Shown: piece after piece, positions 1-23,190 of the stretch
How positions within the stretch are numbered: position 1 is the first letter of the stretch
Layout: each line of letters opens with the position of its first letter
The notes under the pieces: generated by a model
Database searches by the model: none
What the model was told of the DNA's origin: nothing
The model's input: the letters and a program-made list of their open reading frames with translations, nothing else
Source: the human T2T-CHM13v2.0 reference genome, Homo sapiens
NCBI RefSeq assembly: GCF_009914755.1
Contig: NC_060930.1
Reading direction: 5' to 3' (one strand)
DNA length: 64,000 nucleotides
Made by a program: the position numbers and the translations under genes

Positions 1-612
1 AAGTATAAGTGTTTCTGTTCCAAAATTCACATAGCTGTGAAAAAGAAAGTAAGTGTTTCCCTGAGTTCTGGGAGCTGCTCTAGCAAATTAACTGAACCCA
101 AGGAAGTGGTCGTGGGAGCCCCACTTTATAGCAGGTCAATCAGAAGCACAGGTAACCTGGAGCTTGTGACTGGCATCTGAAGGTGGGGGTGGGGTAAGGG
201 GGGGGTGCAGTCTTGAGCCCTCAACCTATAGGATCTGACACTATCTCCAGGTAGATCGTGTCAAAATATGGTACGTGCCTGTTGTCCCAGCTACTTGGGA
301 GGTTGAAGTGAGAAGATAGCTTACGGTCAGGAGTTTGAGGCTGCAGTGAGCTATGATTGTGCCTGTGAATATCACTTCACTCCAGCCTAGGCAACAAAGT
401 GAGACCCCCATCTCAAAAAAAAAAAAAAAAAAAAAAGAAGTGTCAAAATAGAAGTAAGTTAGAGACACTCAGCTGGTGTCAGCTTGCTGAAGTGATTGCT
501 TGCTTGTTGATGGGGAGAAATCCTTGCATGTTGGGTCATAGAAGTGTCCTGTGTTGACTATTTTTGAGAGACTGTATCAAACACTTTTGAGTGTGTTTTC
601 TTCCACTCACAG
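1..612 (+). mobile_element. LTR relic, MER21-like (ERVL class), interrupted by an Alu fragment
   Basis: Contains recalled MER21-type motifs (ctgagttctg...tagcaaatta.tgaaccca; gagccctcaacct..ggatctgacactatctccaggtagat). Confidence 0.65.
269..436 (+). mobile_element. Alu right arm only (5'-truncated AluJ or FRAM)
   Basis: Right-arm sequence with poly(A); TSD GTGTCAAAATA at 258-268 and 440-450. Confidence 0.9.
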
Positions 613-1607
613 AAGCACAAACTGGGAGTCCTAGAGAATTGTTCCTGAGGTCAAACAGCTCAACACTGAGCACATCTGTCATTTCCTCACTGTCAATGTT
701 GCCTCTCTTCTAACCATCTCCTCTTCATGCTCTCTCAATATTCTCATCGTTCAGTGCTTATCATGCGGTGCTTAAGAGTGTTGAAAGTAGCATTTGTTGA
801 AAGTTAGAAAGTTGAACTTCTGTACTTGAAGACTGAAAGGCAAACCATGGAGAAACTATGACTGACAATGACTTAGGGGTGGAATTTTCCTTTTGGCTGC
901 ATTGAGCCACCTCCCACTCTGTCTCAAAAAAATTCAACAGGTAAGAAGAGTGAATATAATATTCTTTACTGATAAGGACATCTAGAATAGCCCTATCACA
1001 AATTCCTGTAAAACCATTTTTCCCATCCCATACTTTGTTTATAGACTAATCATCTTGGAAAATTCTAGTACTTTGAATTACCTGTGCTTAATCACAACTT
1101 ATTTGCAAACCTCAAACTCTCTCACTTTACTTTGTCTTCTTAGCTTGGCCACTACCCTGTCACCCAGTAGGGACACATTGTTGGGGATGACGGCAGAGAA
1201 ATTCCATGGATATAATCTAGATCTGCTCAACATCAGCTCTATAATGTTTTGAAAGCTGAGAGAGTAGAAGCCTACATAAAATGACAACACCGTTACCACA
1301 GCCATTATAATCTGAACATGCAACTATTGATATGTGGCTCACCCGAATATCCTTTTCATTTTGTCACAATAAATGTTCTAGCTCTATGAAATCATTTTAC
1401 TCTTGATCACTTTAGCTTGTACATAAAAGTATCATTTATTTTAGGAAAAAACTCTGGTAAATATTTAAACTTCTATAGGTATATAATACATATATGTTTC
1501 CAGCTGATACATGGGTATAATATCTAAATATGCCAAACATACCTGACAACAGACATTCTGATATGGTGTTTTCTCACAAAAAGCTTTAGAGCTTTTAAAA
1601 ATATACT

Positions 1608-1734
1608 GACCAGGCACGGTGGCTCATGCCGGTAATTCCAACACTTTGGGAGACCAAGGCGGGCAGATCACATGAGCACAAGAGTTTGAGATCAGCTTGG
1701 GCAACATGGTGAGAAACCTGTCTCTACAAACAAT

Positions 1735-1780
<46 letters not shown>

Positions 1781-1957
1781 CAGCAAAAATCAGCCAGGCA
1801 TGGTGGCGCGCACCTGTAATCCCAGCTACTTAGGAGGCTGAGGTGGGCAAATTGATTAAGTCCAGGAGGTCAAGGCTGCAGTGAGCTGTGATTGCACCAC
1901 TGCATTCCAGCCTGGGTGACAGAATGAGACCCTGTCTCAAAAAATAAATAAATAAAA
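1608..1957 (+). mobile_element. AluJ-type element with an (AAC)n microsatellite in the central linker
   Basis: Dimeric Alu; (AAC)n at about 1729-1780. Confidence 0.92.
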
Positions 1958-2089
1958 ATATGTCAAGTTAGATACAAATAAATGATTTAGATTCCTACAT
2001 AAATGATATTTCTCATTAAATACTATCCTTATTCTTTTTGTAAGATAGTTAATTTGGGAGAAGCGATAGTTTCTATTACACCTCTTGGT

Positions 2090-2670
<581 letters not shown>

Positions 2671-3598
2671 AGCTTTTTCTTTATATGTATTGGTTATGTA
2701 CTACTTATTCAGGGAATGTACAGGAAAAACGAATTTTACTCACTCCTAGTTCTAGGAAAGCTGGATGTTTTTGTTTGTGAGCTAGTATGCAGGTAATGTA
2801 GAGCCCTTAGCTGATGCCTTACATGTAATTTTTACCCATATAGAACAATGGCATATTTTCATTTTCTCACCCACCTTCTATTTATAAATACACTAAAGAA
2901 GGGAACCTAAGCTTCCATCTGTAGAAAACAAATTCAATGATTTCATGAAAATTAACCAACAAAAGGCTAGGACAGAGAAGAATTAGTGTAATTAAGTGCT
3001 TCAACCTTAAAAGCAGTGCGTCTAAAGGAAAAGACCTTAGAATGGAAGTTAACAGATCTCCAGAGAGATTTCAAGACATACACCTCAAAATTTCAGGGAT
3101 TAAAGGCCTTGTCTACTGATTACAGCAAAAGGCCTAAGATCTTAATTGTGAACACTTCAAGAGGCATTGTGACCTGGGAAGATGGATATGTTGGGAGCCA
3201 GAAAATATGGTTTCTAGTCCTTCATTGGTTAATAACTTGAATAATTTTTACATTTTTGTATAGGCCTTCATTTCTTGATCTGTAGAACACCAGACCAGAC
3301 CAGAAGTTCCCAGATGCTGGGCTCTCACAAATGCTGGGCTGGATGTATTGGAATCACCTGGGTAGCTTGCGAAAAATGCAGATTCTCCATAGCCTACCCC
3401 TGTGATTCTGATTTGTTTGAGGATCATTGGTCTGGCCTATGTCTAATGTCTTTTTTAATTTGTGCTTCTATGTGCATCAGGGTTTACTTCAAAGGCTGAA
3501 AGAGAACAACTATGTAAACTCCATAAGTCTCGAGGAGAATGGACTGCAACTTTTCCCTTTTTGTTCTGACACCTGCCACTTATCATGTGTATTTCTAG

Positions 3599-3908
<310 letters not shown>

Positions 3909-4984
3909 GAGCAAGATATTATTAAAATAACTTTCTCACAGGGGCCCAAAATAGGCTGATATAAAATAAATGGAATCTATATTTCAACAGCCAGCAGTCC
4001 TGAACCTCTTCCTGCCACACTGTTCGTCCCCAGAAGCCGCTGTAAATTCTACCATACACAGCAATTCCCTGAGGGCTTCATTACTAGGGTCTTTAAAAGG
4101 GATTCACTCATCTTTTTGCCTCCTGTAGGTGTGCTTCTTGTCAATCCAGGTCAAGAGAAAAGAAAGTAATTTTTTCCAAATCTTTAGCAGTTCACAGAGA
4201 ATGTGTGGTTTGAACCTTGTTTTATCTTTTAAAAATGTGAAAATAGACAAGATAGTGTGCCTGTGCTCATGACACTGGAGGCCTCCTCGGACAGCTATAG
4301 TGAACACTGTAAAACAATATTCCATACAAAAGCAAAAAAAAAAAAAAAAAAAAAGCCAGCACTCTGATTGAGAGGATGCACAAAGGAATTAATTCCAAAG
4401 GTTTATATACCAGTCTCTGTAGACTAAAGGCAGACAGATTCCCTGTTGGTAAGTAATGGATGTACAATGTGGTCTTTTACTTTAAGAAACAAACGTTTTT
4501 TTATAAGTCAGGTAACAAAGAAGGATTGGATGACATAAATGAACTGTTTCCAATTTCCAACTACTGTTATCTGGAGTTGAAAGCTGGATATGGGGACACC
4601 TTTTTCTAAAAGCAGAAAACTAATATTCCACAGCAGGGAGTCCAGAAATTGCTAGAGACTAATCATCTCTACTTATCAGGTTATTCTTCCCAAATGTTAC
4701 AGGCTATATTTTAGAATAACTGCCATTTTTAAAGATTTCCTTTTTAAATCTTCAAGGAAAACTACCTTCCCCCGCAAACTTTTTAGTTGAAAGAATAAAA
4801 TGAACACTCATTTTCCCTCCACTTAGATTCAACAGTTGCTAACACCTTACCACTTCTGTTTTCCCCCTTTCTCTCCATGACCATTTATTATTTGAGAGTA
4901 AGTTTTAGACATAAGGATGCTCACCCCTAGATACTTCAGCATTTGTCCCTAAGAACACTGACATTTACTATAATAGTTAATTAC

Positions 4985-5278
4985 TTATTTGTTTGTCTGA
5001 CAGGGTCTCCCTCTGTTGCCCAGGCTAGAGTGCAGTGGCACAATCATGGTTCACTGTAGCCTTGACCTCCTGGACTCAAGAGATTCTCTAGCCTCAGCCT
5101 CCTGAATAGCTGGGATTACAGGTACACACCACCACACCTGGCTACTTTTAAAAGTTTTTAGTAGAGATGGGATCTTGCTATGTTGCCTAGCTGGTCTTGA
5201 ACTCCTGGCCTCAAGCAATCCTCCCGCCTTGGCCTCCCAAAGTGCTGGGATTACAGGCATGAGCCACTGCACCCAGCC
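4985..5278 (-). mobile_element. AluJ
   Basis: Alu consensus with J-type features. Confidence 0.9.
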
Positions 5279-6584
5279 CTATAATGCTATTTAAAATACA
5301 GTTCAGGCTGGCCATCTCTGCAAAAAAAAAACAAACAAAACAAAACAAAACAAAACAAAACAGTGTGTAGTGTATGGGGATAACAGAAAGAAGGGTCACA
5401 AATCAGAAATCTACTACATCTGCTAGCCCGGAAGTTAGAGCAGCCCACTGAGTATTGGTTTGGTAGAAGCAGGCCTTGTGTTGCTCGGCTTTCTAGTTAC
5501 AGAGCTGGAAAGATAGCAGAATATAAAGGAACAGGGCAGGCCTTTTCTCTGCTATCTTGGTCATTCTCTATGAATAAGAGAGCGCAGAAGGCATGTGCAA
5601 GGAAGTTAACACCATTCACACCTGGACTGCTTTGCTTGGGTACCTGATTTTACCATCTCTTTCAACTGGGAAAGCTAATCGACTTTTAGAGGCAAGCGTG
5701 GATGTCTAAGGAATTAATTTTCTCATATTCTGTTCCTTTGGTTCACTGGAGAAAAAGAAGCAACAGCAGATGTAGAAGGCTATGGTGTCCAATTTTAGAA
5801 AGGAGAGAGGCAAGGAGATACTAGATATACTAGAGTAAGGCGAGGAGATACTACTTGTATTATCTACATAACAAATCTCTCTCTGCTCAGAGGTCTTGTT
5901 ATTTCTTTGTAACCTGTTTTTCTTGCTATGCTGCTCTCTTGGAATCTGGAAGAAACATGAAATTTTAAATTGCACAGTGTGACCAGGAAAAAAAATCGAC
6001 TCAGGTCTCAGAAAGGCCATGATTAAGGAAATCAGGCTAATAGTAGAATTTAGTTGCTTCCTCCAGCAGCAAGTTCCCAAGGCAACGGCCATCAACCTTG
6101 ATGGAGTACTTCAAACTCACCATGTCAAGAACCTAAGTTAAACCAGTCTTTCCACTTAACTTTCCTATTTCTATTAATGGCTTAATTTTTTCTGTTATCC
6201 TAGTCCAAAATCCTTGTTTTAGCCTCTGAGTGCCACTCCCCAGTCCACACCTGTCAGCCTCTCCCTATCAGATCAGTTTTCTAGTCCCATATATTTTCTC
6301 TGAAATGAGTTTTACGCTTAACCTCCTTATCTTCCCATTCTCATTGCCAACACTCTGATTGGGCTTTTCTCTTGTGCTTATCAATGGGTTTCCAAAAACT
6401 TCTTAATTGATCTCCTTGCTTTTAGTATCTCTTTGTTCCTTTCATCGTATATAATATAGCCAGATTTACCTCCCTCGCAGCTCAGACCTTGATCATATCA
6501 GGCTCAAAAACTTTCAATGTCTGCTTCATGACTTCTTCATCAAGTTGGTTTGCCATAGGCAAACATCCCAAAGTCTTTTAAAAA

Positions 6585-7385
<801 letters not shown>

Positions 7386-8919
7386 CAGTCTTTTAAATAT
7401 AGTTATTACTATTTCAGAGCAATTCTTCATCTGTCCCTGATACTACCCTATGTTTTTCACATTCCACCCAAATTAAGACACTTTTTTTTAATTTGACAAC
7501 ATTGCATGCCTGCACCTGTATCACTTTTTCATGGTTTCCTTTGCCTAGGAAGCCCCCATTCTCATCTTTGCTATCCAATCTTCTTTAAGGACTATCTCAC
7601 ATATTATTAATACCGACTTCATAAACCTCTTTCTTGACTTTTCCAACTGAACATCAATTGTCTTTCCTCTATGCTCCCCAAGTGGCATGAATCACAGTAT
7701 TCCTTATGTTTCTATATTTATGTATTTATCTTATCTCCTCTCTACTGGGCCATAGACAACCTTTAGGCAACTTATTTCTGTATCTCCTGTAGTCAAGCAC
7801 TTTGTTTCCTTAAGTGCAACAGAAAGCCTTAAGAAATATTTTAATTTAGGAGATATCTAGAGCCATTTCATAGTCTTTGTGGTCATGCATATAGTTCTTT
7901 CAAATGCCTACATTGTATACCTTCTATGATAGAGGATGATATTAATATTATTCCTTTTGAAACCACTAAAAATGTCTTAAAGAACTAGAAGAGTATCACA
8001 TGTGTTATTAATGAGGAATCTGCATGTGCATTTTCTCTTTTGTTTAAGAATAGGCATGTGTTATTTTCACGCACACCAGTCTTGCCTAGCAGTCTTTGTT
8101 TTACTTTCTGAATAAGGAGCAATAGTAAGCTATCTAGGGACAAGCGAGTTACAGCTTAGCAATGGTAATTTGTAGTACACTTAAGGTATTTCATGACAGT
8201 GTCAGAATGTCACAAGCCCAAGTGACATTTCAGTACTATTAGGAATAGCCAAGAAAATCTAACCATAATTCTTATTTCTTCAGGTGACTTATAGTGGCAG
8301 CAGAAAACTAGAAGGATCATTAAAAATAAAGCTTGCTGACCTGCAATAGCCCCTGGACTCCCTGAGAGAGTCAGAGCTCTGTGGTGCTCTGAAGGATTCT
8401 ACTTTCTTTTATTAGGAATCAAAATGATAACTGAGTAATGACTTCACCTCCCCAGGGTGAATAACCCATTCACTAACAGTATTTTTTCCTGATCATTATT
8501 TCTCAGCAGCTACAAATTTAAATTTAAAATTAAGGCAGGGAGAGATCTGTAGAATTTAGTATGGAGAAAATGCTCAGCAAATGTTTTTCAGCTGTTTCCG
8601 GTCTTAACTGCCTTTTGTGAAAGAGTGTGGTTGTGTGCGTGTGTGTCAACATGCACATGCATCCATAGGCCTATAGTTGTGATGGAAGAGGGCTACCTAA
8701 TCCTAAGATTTTTCAGGAGAAAGGAGCTGCTGGAGAAGAGGTGGCACAGCCTGATAAGGAAAATCCCAGGGGTGCTCTTGCTCCTAGCTTCACAATGGTG
8801 CTGAACGGGTATCGAGAGTATGTCACCTCCTGGCTTCCTTGTCTAGTCAATAATTCTCAGTCTTTCCAAGCAGGAAATCAAAACAGTAGATGAGACACAA
8901 ACCTGCCTGGGCAGAGTAA

Positions 8920-9357
<438 letters not shown>

Positions 9358-9513
9358 TAAGAGAACTAGTTCTTGGATTTATTTTAGAGCTGAAAGGGAC
9401 TTTGGAAAAGATCTAGTTTAATGCCATCATTTTACAGAAAAGAATAATGGGGATATGAGAGAATGTGATTAAGTTTACTTAGATGCTAGCAGAGTCCAAA
9501 TTAGAATCTAGAC

Positions 9514-9733
9514 CAGGAGTGTCCAATCTTTTTGCTTCCCTGGACCACACTGGAAGAAGAATTGTCTTGGGCCACACATAAAACACATGAACACTAATGG
9601 TAGCTGATGAGCTAAAAAAAAAAAATTGCAAAAAAACCTTCATAATGTTTGAAGAAAGTTTATGAATTTGTGTTGGGCCACTTTCAAAACTGTTCTGGGC
9701 TGCATGCAGCTCATAAGGGCTGGACAATCTTGA
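9514..9733 (+). mobile_element. MER30-like hAT (Charlie) non-autonomous DNA transposon
   Basis: caggagtgtccaatcttt...gggccacacataaaa...ggacaatcttg, with short terminal inverted repeats. Confidence 0.8.
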
Positions 9734-9885
9734 TCTGACCTTCCAAATCCTGGTCCTCTGTGGGCCATTTCTGTTATACCAACTTAACTCTAACAAAACC
9801 GGGCTACCACCAAACAGTCTCAACCTGCAAGACCACACCACACTCACTTTTTGACAAATATTAATTTGGTAATTACTCCAAGTAA

Positions 9886-11800
<1,915 letters not shown>

Positions 11801-11809
11801 CTGTGACTC

Positions 11810-12722
11810 TTAATAGATACAAGGTTTCCTGAAAGAGTCCTTAGTTTTCTTATTTTTTTTCTTTTTTTAAAAAATCATCTTTTTTGTCCACTTTTCTGGG
11901 AGATTTTTTCATTTGTATCTTCCATTCTTCTGATTAAAAAATTCTGCAATCATATTTTTATATTTTATAATTCTAATTTTTATTCTTGAATTGTCCTTTT
12001 TAATGGATCATCTATTATTATACCATGGATTTAATATCCTTCCTTGTCAAGTATATTGATTATAGTGCTTTGAAAAACATCTGCCTTTGATTGCATTGTC
12101 TCTATTTCCTCTAAGTTCCCTTTTTATCAGTTTGTTTTTGACTTGCTGTTTCGTGGAAGCAGCTTTTCTCAAATGCCCAGTGGTCCTCTTTTCCTATTCT
12201 GCTTCAGAGTAAGGCAGCAGATATTCTGGGCACTTAGATCCTCTGAGGCTTGTCAAGTGGTGGGTCTTGCTGTAGGAGGACTGCTCAGGGATATGCCATG
12301 TTTACTGAGGAGGCCCCAAATATCCACATCTGCAAGGCTTTTTCTCCTGAGTTTGACAGTTTCTTCAGAAAGAAATCCTCCAGTTTTCTACTTGGTGAAT
12401 ATGAGGAATTTTAAGTTGGCAGCCAGCATTTTGAGAATCAATAAGGGTTGGGAGGAGGGAAATCTTTCAGAACGCAGATACTCACTTAGGCTCTAAGCTT
12501 TTTTTTTTTTTTTTTTTAAATTTCAAAAACTTTAATTTTGTAGAGATGAGGTTTCACTATGTTGTTGGTCTTGAACTCAAGAGCTCAAGTGATCCTCCTG
12601 CCTTGGCATCTCAAAGTGCTGGGATTACAGGCATGAGCCACTGCGCCCACCCATGCTCTCTCCTTTAAGGATGGTGGCTACCCCCACCCTCAGCTGTGCC
12701 TGGTTTCTCTGTCCAGAGCCTC
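11810..12722 (-). mobile_element. Degenerate old L1 (L1M-type) fragment containing an Alu left monomer (about 12499-12651)
   Basis: T-rich L1M-like antisense text plus a monomeric Alu. Confidence 0.55.
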
Positions 12723-13367
12723 AGATTAACCCAACCAATTACAGCCACGAAGTTAAATAAATTCCAAGAGGCTTTGGCTAAAAAGGCAAGAAGTTTTGCA
12801 CTAGAGTTTCTGAATTAAAAGAAAACCAAAAAAGTTCCCTCTCATCTGCCAAAATGAGAAATTCACCCAATTCAAGCCCCTTTACCCCTCCCACTTCGCC
12901 ATGCTTTTTTCCCCCCCGCTTTGATAATGCCTCAGAACAAGTATTCAGGGTCCAAGTTTGTTTTAAAATAACCCAATGAGCTGACAGACGGAGCTCCTGG
13001 AATTCTGCAGCTTGTGCGAGAGTCCACAGATGGGAAATTGCAGTCAGTTATAGGGTGGTGCTATTACCATAGCCCAATTTTTGAAAGCCTTTAGAAAAAA
13101 AAAGTCATCTGAGTTAATTAGCATTCACCACAGGCACTAGTTTTGTGTTGCAGTATTCTAAGAACTCAGATAATAGAAAAATTCAGTACTGCAATCTCTA
13201 ACTTTAACTAATCTTTTACCTCTTAAAAACGAAGATTACAAAGAAAGGATTTTACCTGTTACGTGAATATGCCTAAGGCTCATCTATAGCCATATATCAC
13301 CAAGAAATATCAATTATGTTCTAAAATCCACTAATTACTACTGGTACCTAAAACAGGAGTAATTTCA

Positions 13368-13505
<138 letters not shown>

Positions 13506-13656
13506 CTACAAGAAGCAATTAAATGAGTAAATTAGTGAAATGTATATACACTAGTATGTTTTAGTTATATTCAGAAAGTACCAGTTAATGCAGTGAAATA
13601 TGAAGCTTAAGGAATGCAGTTTTTAGATATACTTTAATAAACAAAAGAATATTTCA

Positions 13657-13943
<287 letters not shown>

Positions 13944-14382
13944 ATTTCAGATGATTAACAATAACCTGTAAAATTCTCCAGAATTATTCCCTAATACATT
14001 CCTTTTCTAGTGGGTGGCGGTCTTTATTTTACTTTTTAAGTTAAAGGAAAAGATTTAGATAAAGATTTAATAAATAGAATTGCTTAATAAACTAATCTAA
14101 GATTAAATAAAATATGCAAAAAGCTCACCTGGAGATATTATATATGTATATATTCCCCCCCTTATGAACTATTTAAGTAACATCTGAATAGTATATATTA
14201 AATTAAATTTAAAATTATATATATAGAGAGAGGCAACAACACAGCAGCTAATCTTGGGATATTTTAGATTTCATATGCCCATTCAAAGAATTAGTTATTA
14301 AAATTAAAGCTTTCAATTTTATTCACTATATTTCTGAATTTTATTAACTTTTCATAACATGTTTTATATAAAGAGCTATAAG

Positions 14383-14687
14383 GGGCCAGGCGTGGTGGCT
14401 CACACCTGTAATCCCAGCACTTTGGGAGGCCAAGGCGGGCAGATCACGAGGTCAGGAATTCGAGACCAGCCTGACCAACATGGTGAAACCTCGTCTCTAC
14501 TAAAAATACAAAAATTAGCCAGGCGTGGTGGCATGTGCCTGTAATCCCAGCTACTCAGGAGGCTGAGGCAGGAGAATCGCTTGAACCTGGGAGGCAGAGG
14601 TTGCGTTGCAGTGAGCTGAGATTGCACCACTGCACTCCAGCCTGGGTGACAGAGCGAGACTCCATCTCAAAAAAAAAAAAAAAAAAG
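14383..14687 (+). mobile_element. AluS (Sg-like) in PDSS2 intron 5
   Basis: Alu consensus; TSD A(G/A)AGCTATAAGG. Confidence 0.93.
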
Positions 14688-15000
14688 CTATAAGGGAACT
14701 GTAACAAAAAAGACAAATATTCTTCCATTATGTGAATATATTCCAGTCTGTAAATATGTTATTTAATAATATGTAAGAGTTCTCTCAAGAACCCTTTCAG
14801 GTGGGAAGAAAAGACAAACATCACAAAAATGGTTCAAGTAAACTGTGGCTTTCTGTAAGAATTACACAATACTTAGCAATTATACTATTGACATTACATA
14901 ACAATCATCCAGGACTGACAGATTTGAACCACACAATAAGCATTTTTGAAATATAAAAGAAGCTTATTAAATGGCAAAAGGTTTCTTGTGTGTCGTTTTA

Positions 15001-15216
<216 letters not shown>

Positions 15217-15644
15217 CTAAAAATGTAACAAAAGCCAAGATAAAAAAGACTTTAGGAGTAATTTAATTGTTTCTGTTTTTGAAGAATAAAAAAGTTAAGA
15301 AACGAACTATTCAAAAACACTCAGGCTATTGGAACAAGACAGAACTAAAAGATGCCTAACCTCAGCTCTACCTAAAAAGAATGTGGTGGGAAAACTGCTT
15401 TTTTATGGTAATAGGGGGAAAGTTAAAGAAATGTTAAAGCAAATTTTATTCTAAGCTAGGGAACTTCTATTAAAATATACCCTACAGGATAAGGGAAAAA
15501 GTAGAAAGACTTCAAACTAACTCCCTTCTATAGTCAATATCAGTTCTTAAGTGCTGGTATTAAGCACAAGAAGCCTATTGCATTTAATTTATGTGAAAAT
15601 GTCAAGGGCATATGGAAGGAACTACATTTTCTTAGAAATAATTA

Positions 15645-16715
<1,071 letters not shown>

Positions 16716-16849
16716 AAATCAGAGAAGATGTAATCTATTATAATGGAGAATGAATATTATAGTCTTCATGAAAGTTTATTCTCATAAGAAACAAGGTGTA
16801 AAAGAGGATATAATTTATAAATAAATATATACACATCTACCACCTCTAG

Positions 16850-17418
<569 letters not shown>

Positions 17419-17939
17419 CTCTGAGGAAAGGAATGCTGAAGCAAACATATAAAACCATGTTCATTTTATGGCATTTATTTGAAACGTCAAACTAACTGGA
17501 ACCTACCCAGAAGGATTAATTAACTCAATACACTTTTCTTCCTGCTCCTGATCCTATAATCCTTTCTCTTTTCACAATTGCTTGGAGACAAAATAAAAAA
17601 TATTAAGAAAAAAAAGTGGTCACCAAAAGGTCAGCTGAAATAGAGCCCCCTCCTCTTCTGCCATGTTGAGGGGCATCTTCAGCCCACTGGTCAAATCAAA
17701 TTATTAGCTTAACTTCATGCAATGTTTTTGAGATGGGGTCTTGCTATATTGCCCAGACTGGTCTCAAACTCCTGAGCTCAAGCAATCCTCCCACCTCAGC
17801 TTTCCAAGTAACTGGGATCACAGGTGTGTGCCACCATGCCCAACATCACCTTAATTTTATTAAGTATTTGAACAACAAAAAAAATTCCACTTATGGCAAT
17901 GGTTGCAAATATGCAACACAGCATTGGATAATGACAGAA

Positions 17940-20105
<2,166 letters not shown>

Positions 20106-20107
20106 GA

Positions 20108-20475
20108 GGTAGGCTAACAATGCTCAATGTTTAAGCAAAGATGTCTATATCCTAATCCCTGGAAGCTATGAATGTTACCTTACAAGGCAAAAGGGACTAT
20201 GCAGATGTAATTAAATTCAGGATTTTGAAATGAGGGGATTACTCTGGTTTAACTGGATGGGCTCAATGTAATCATAGTAGTCCTTATAAGAGGGAGGCAC
20301 AGTCAAAGTCATAAAAGGTAATTTAATGACAGGAGAGAGAAATTTGAAGATGAGAGATGGGGCCATGAGCCAAGGAATAAACATGGAAATTAGAGAAGGC
20401 AAGGAAATGGATTTTCCAATAGAACTCCAGGAAGAATACAAGTCTGTCAACATCTTGATTTAGTGACTTCTGACC
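20108..20475 (+). mobile_element. MLT1 (MaLR) LTR fragment
   Basis: MLT1 motifs (cctaatccctggaa.ctatgaatgttacctta.a.ggcaaaagggact.tgcagatgtaattaa). Confidence 0.8.
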
Positions 20476-20692
20476 AATAAAAAAAAAAAACTCTCAGCTT
20501 CCCTCTTAGTGATGGTAAGGCTGTGACCAAATAGGCCTCTCAAATATGGCTGGTGGAAGTGGAAACTAGCTGGAAATTCCACAATCTCTATCAAAATTAT
20601 AAGTGAATTTGCCCTGTGACTCAGGAATCCCATGTCCAGGAATTAATCCTACAGATAAACCTACATACATGCGAAATGAAATATGTACAAAG

Positions 20693-21155
20693 TGTGAAAG
20701 TTGATCACAGAAATTGGGTCAATCTTGTCACACCTGACTAAAACAGAGTTGAGAAGTCACAGGAGGAAAAAGGACTTAGAATATGTAACATTGCTCCAAA
20801 ACTGTAAGTCTCTACAAGCCTGGCTGCTCAAGCTGCCTGCTATAATCTCAAATCAGTTTTATCTAATAGTTGCTGAAATAACTTGCTGCAACTCTAAGAC
20901 TAATTTTATCCACCACTATCATTCACTAATCAAAATCTGCCAACTCCCCAGAACCTTACTAGTGCGGATGAACTCTCTCAAAGAGCAATATGTAACATTT
21001 CTCCTTTTCATAAAACCTCCAACCTTCTCTCTGTTCTTCAGACATACTAAAGACCATTTGGTCTGTGTGTACACCCTGAATTGCAATTCTTTCCTCTCAA
21101 GTAAACTGTTAAATTTAGATATTTGGCTCTCTATACATTTTATTTGACTTTGACA
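20693..21155 (+). mobile_element. Apparently complete solo LTR (LTR47/MER72-like; family uncertain) inserted in old L1
   Basis: TG...CA termini (tgtgaaagttgat...gactttgaca), about 460 bp, LTR-like internal layout. Confidence 0.7.
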
Positions 21156-21169
21156 AAGGTTACAGTCTG

Positions 21170-21610
21170 TTGTTCACCCAACTGCCAGGGTGACCTTTAA
21201 AAACACAAACCAGAACTACAATGGCCTCCAGCTGTTCCAAACACTCTAGGCATCACCTCCTAGATGCCTCTTGGCCTCTAGGAGGCCTCTGCACTTGCTG
21301 TTCTGCAGATACACTCTCTAGAAGTTTGCATGGCTAGATTTCTCATTACTTTTGGGTCTCTACTTAAACTTCAACTCATCTTTAATAGTCTACCAGCCTC
21401 CCCCATTATTTCCTATATCCTTACCTTGCGTTAAACCTTTCTTCCTTGATATTACTGGACCACTCATATACTTATTTGTTAAATGAGTTATTGTCTGTCT
21501 CCTTTACTAGACTATAAGTTCCATGAAAGCAAGGACTTGGTTTGGCCTCTGCTGCACAATCAGCATCTAATATAGTATCTTAGGTGGGCAATAAATATTT
21601 GTTGAATTTT
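21170..21610 (+). mobile_element. L2 fragment
   Basis: L2 3' motifs (actagactataagttccatgaaagcaaggac...caataaatatttgttgaat). Confidence 0.75.
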
Positions 21611-21703
21611 TTGTCTTTCTTTTGGTATCTCTCTCCCTCTTTTGTACCTTCCTCTATCTTTCCTAACTTGGTCAGAATAAAGAATTGAAATAATTCTCCT
21701 TTA

Positions 21704-22596
<893 letters not shown>

Positions 22597-22814
22597 TAGA
22601 CTAACATTATCTTATTTATATTATGACACAGCAGTTAATTCTCTCTGAACTGTATGATTTCTTATATGTTTCCTTGAAGGTTAGACCTGGTACTAGTCAC
22701 TTTTATATTTTTTAATCACTTAGGCCATATTCAAGTTTCAAGTATTTGCTAAATGAATAGTACCTGTTTATCTGTTGCATTATTAAGTAGATGTGTGCGT
22801 GTGTTTTAAATGTT

Positions 22815-23190
22815 AAAAGCTAATGGGTAGATATGGACATATAATGACATGCTATTCAGCAATAAAAAGGAATTACTGACACATGCTATGCCATGGATGA
22901 ACTTCGAAAACATTATGCTAAGTGGAAGAAGCCGGACACAAGAGACCACATATTTGTATAATTCCATTGATGTGAAATGTAGATTAGTGATTGCCTGGGG
23001 CTGGGGGTGGGAACTGTAAATGGGCATGAGGGACCTTATAGGGGTGTGTGTGAAAATGTTCTAAAAATGATTTATGGTAATGACTGTATCACTTGATAAA
23101 AGTTACTAAAAATCATTGAATCGTAGGCTTGAAATGGGTGAATTTTATGACATAAAATATACCTCAATAAAGCTGTTAAGAAAGAAAAAA
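22815..23190 (+). mobile_element. L1MB-like 3' end
   Basis: aaaaggaattactgacacatgc...atggatgaac.t.gaaaacattatgctaagtg; ends tatacctcaataaagctgtt followed by an A-rich tail. Confidence 0.8.

Noticed and set aside
20701-21147. 148-aa plus-strand ORF
   Set aside because: It lies entirely inside a solo LTR, starts at TTG and has no protein-like features.
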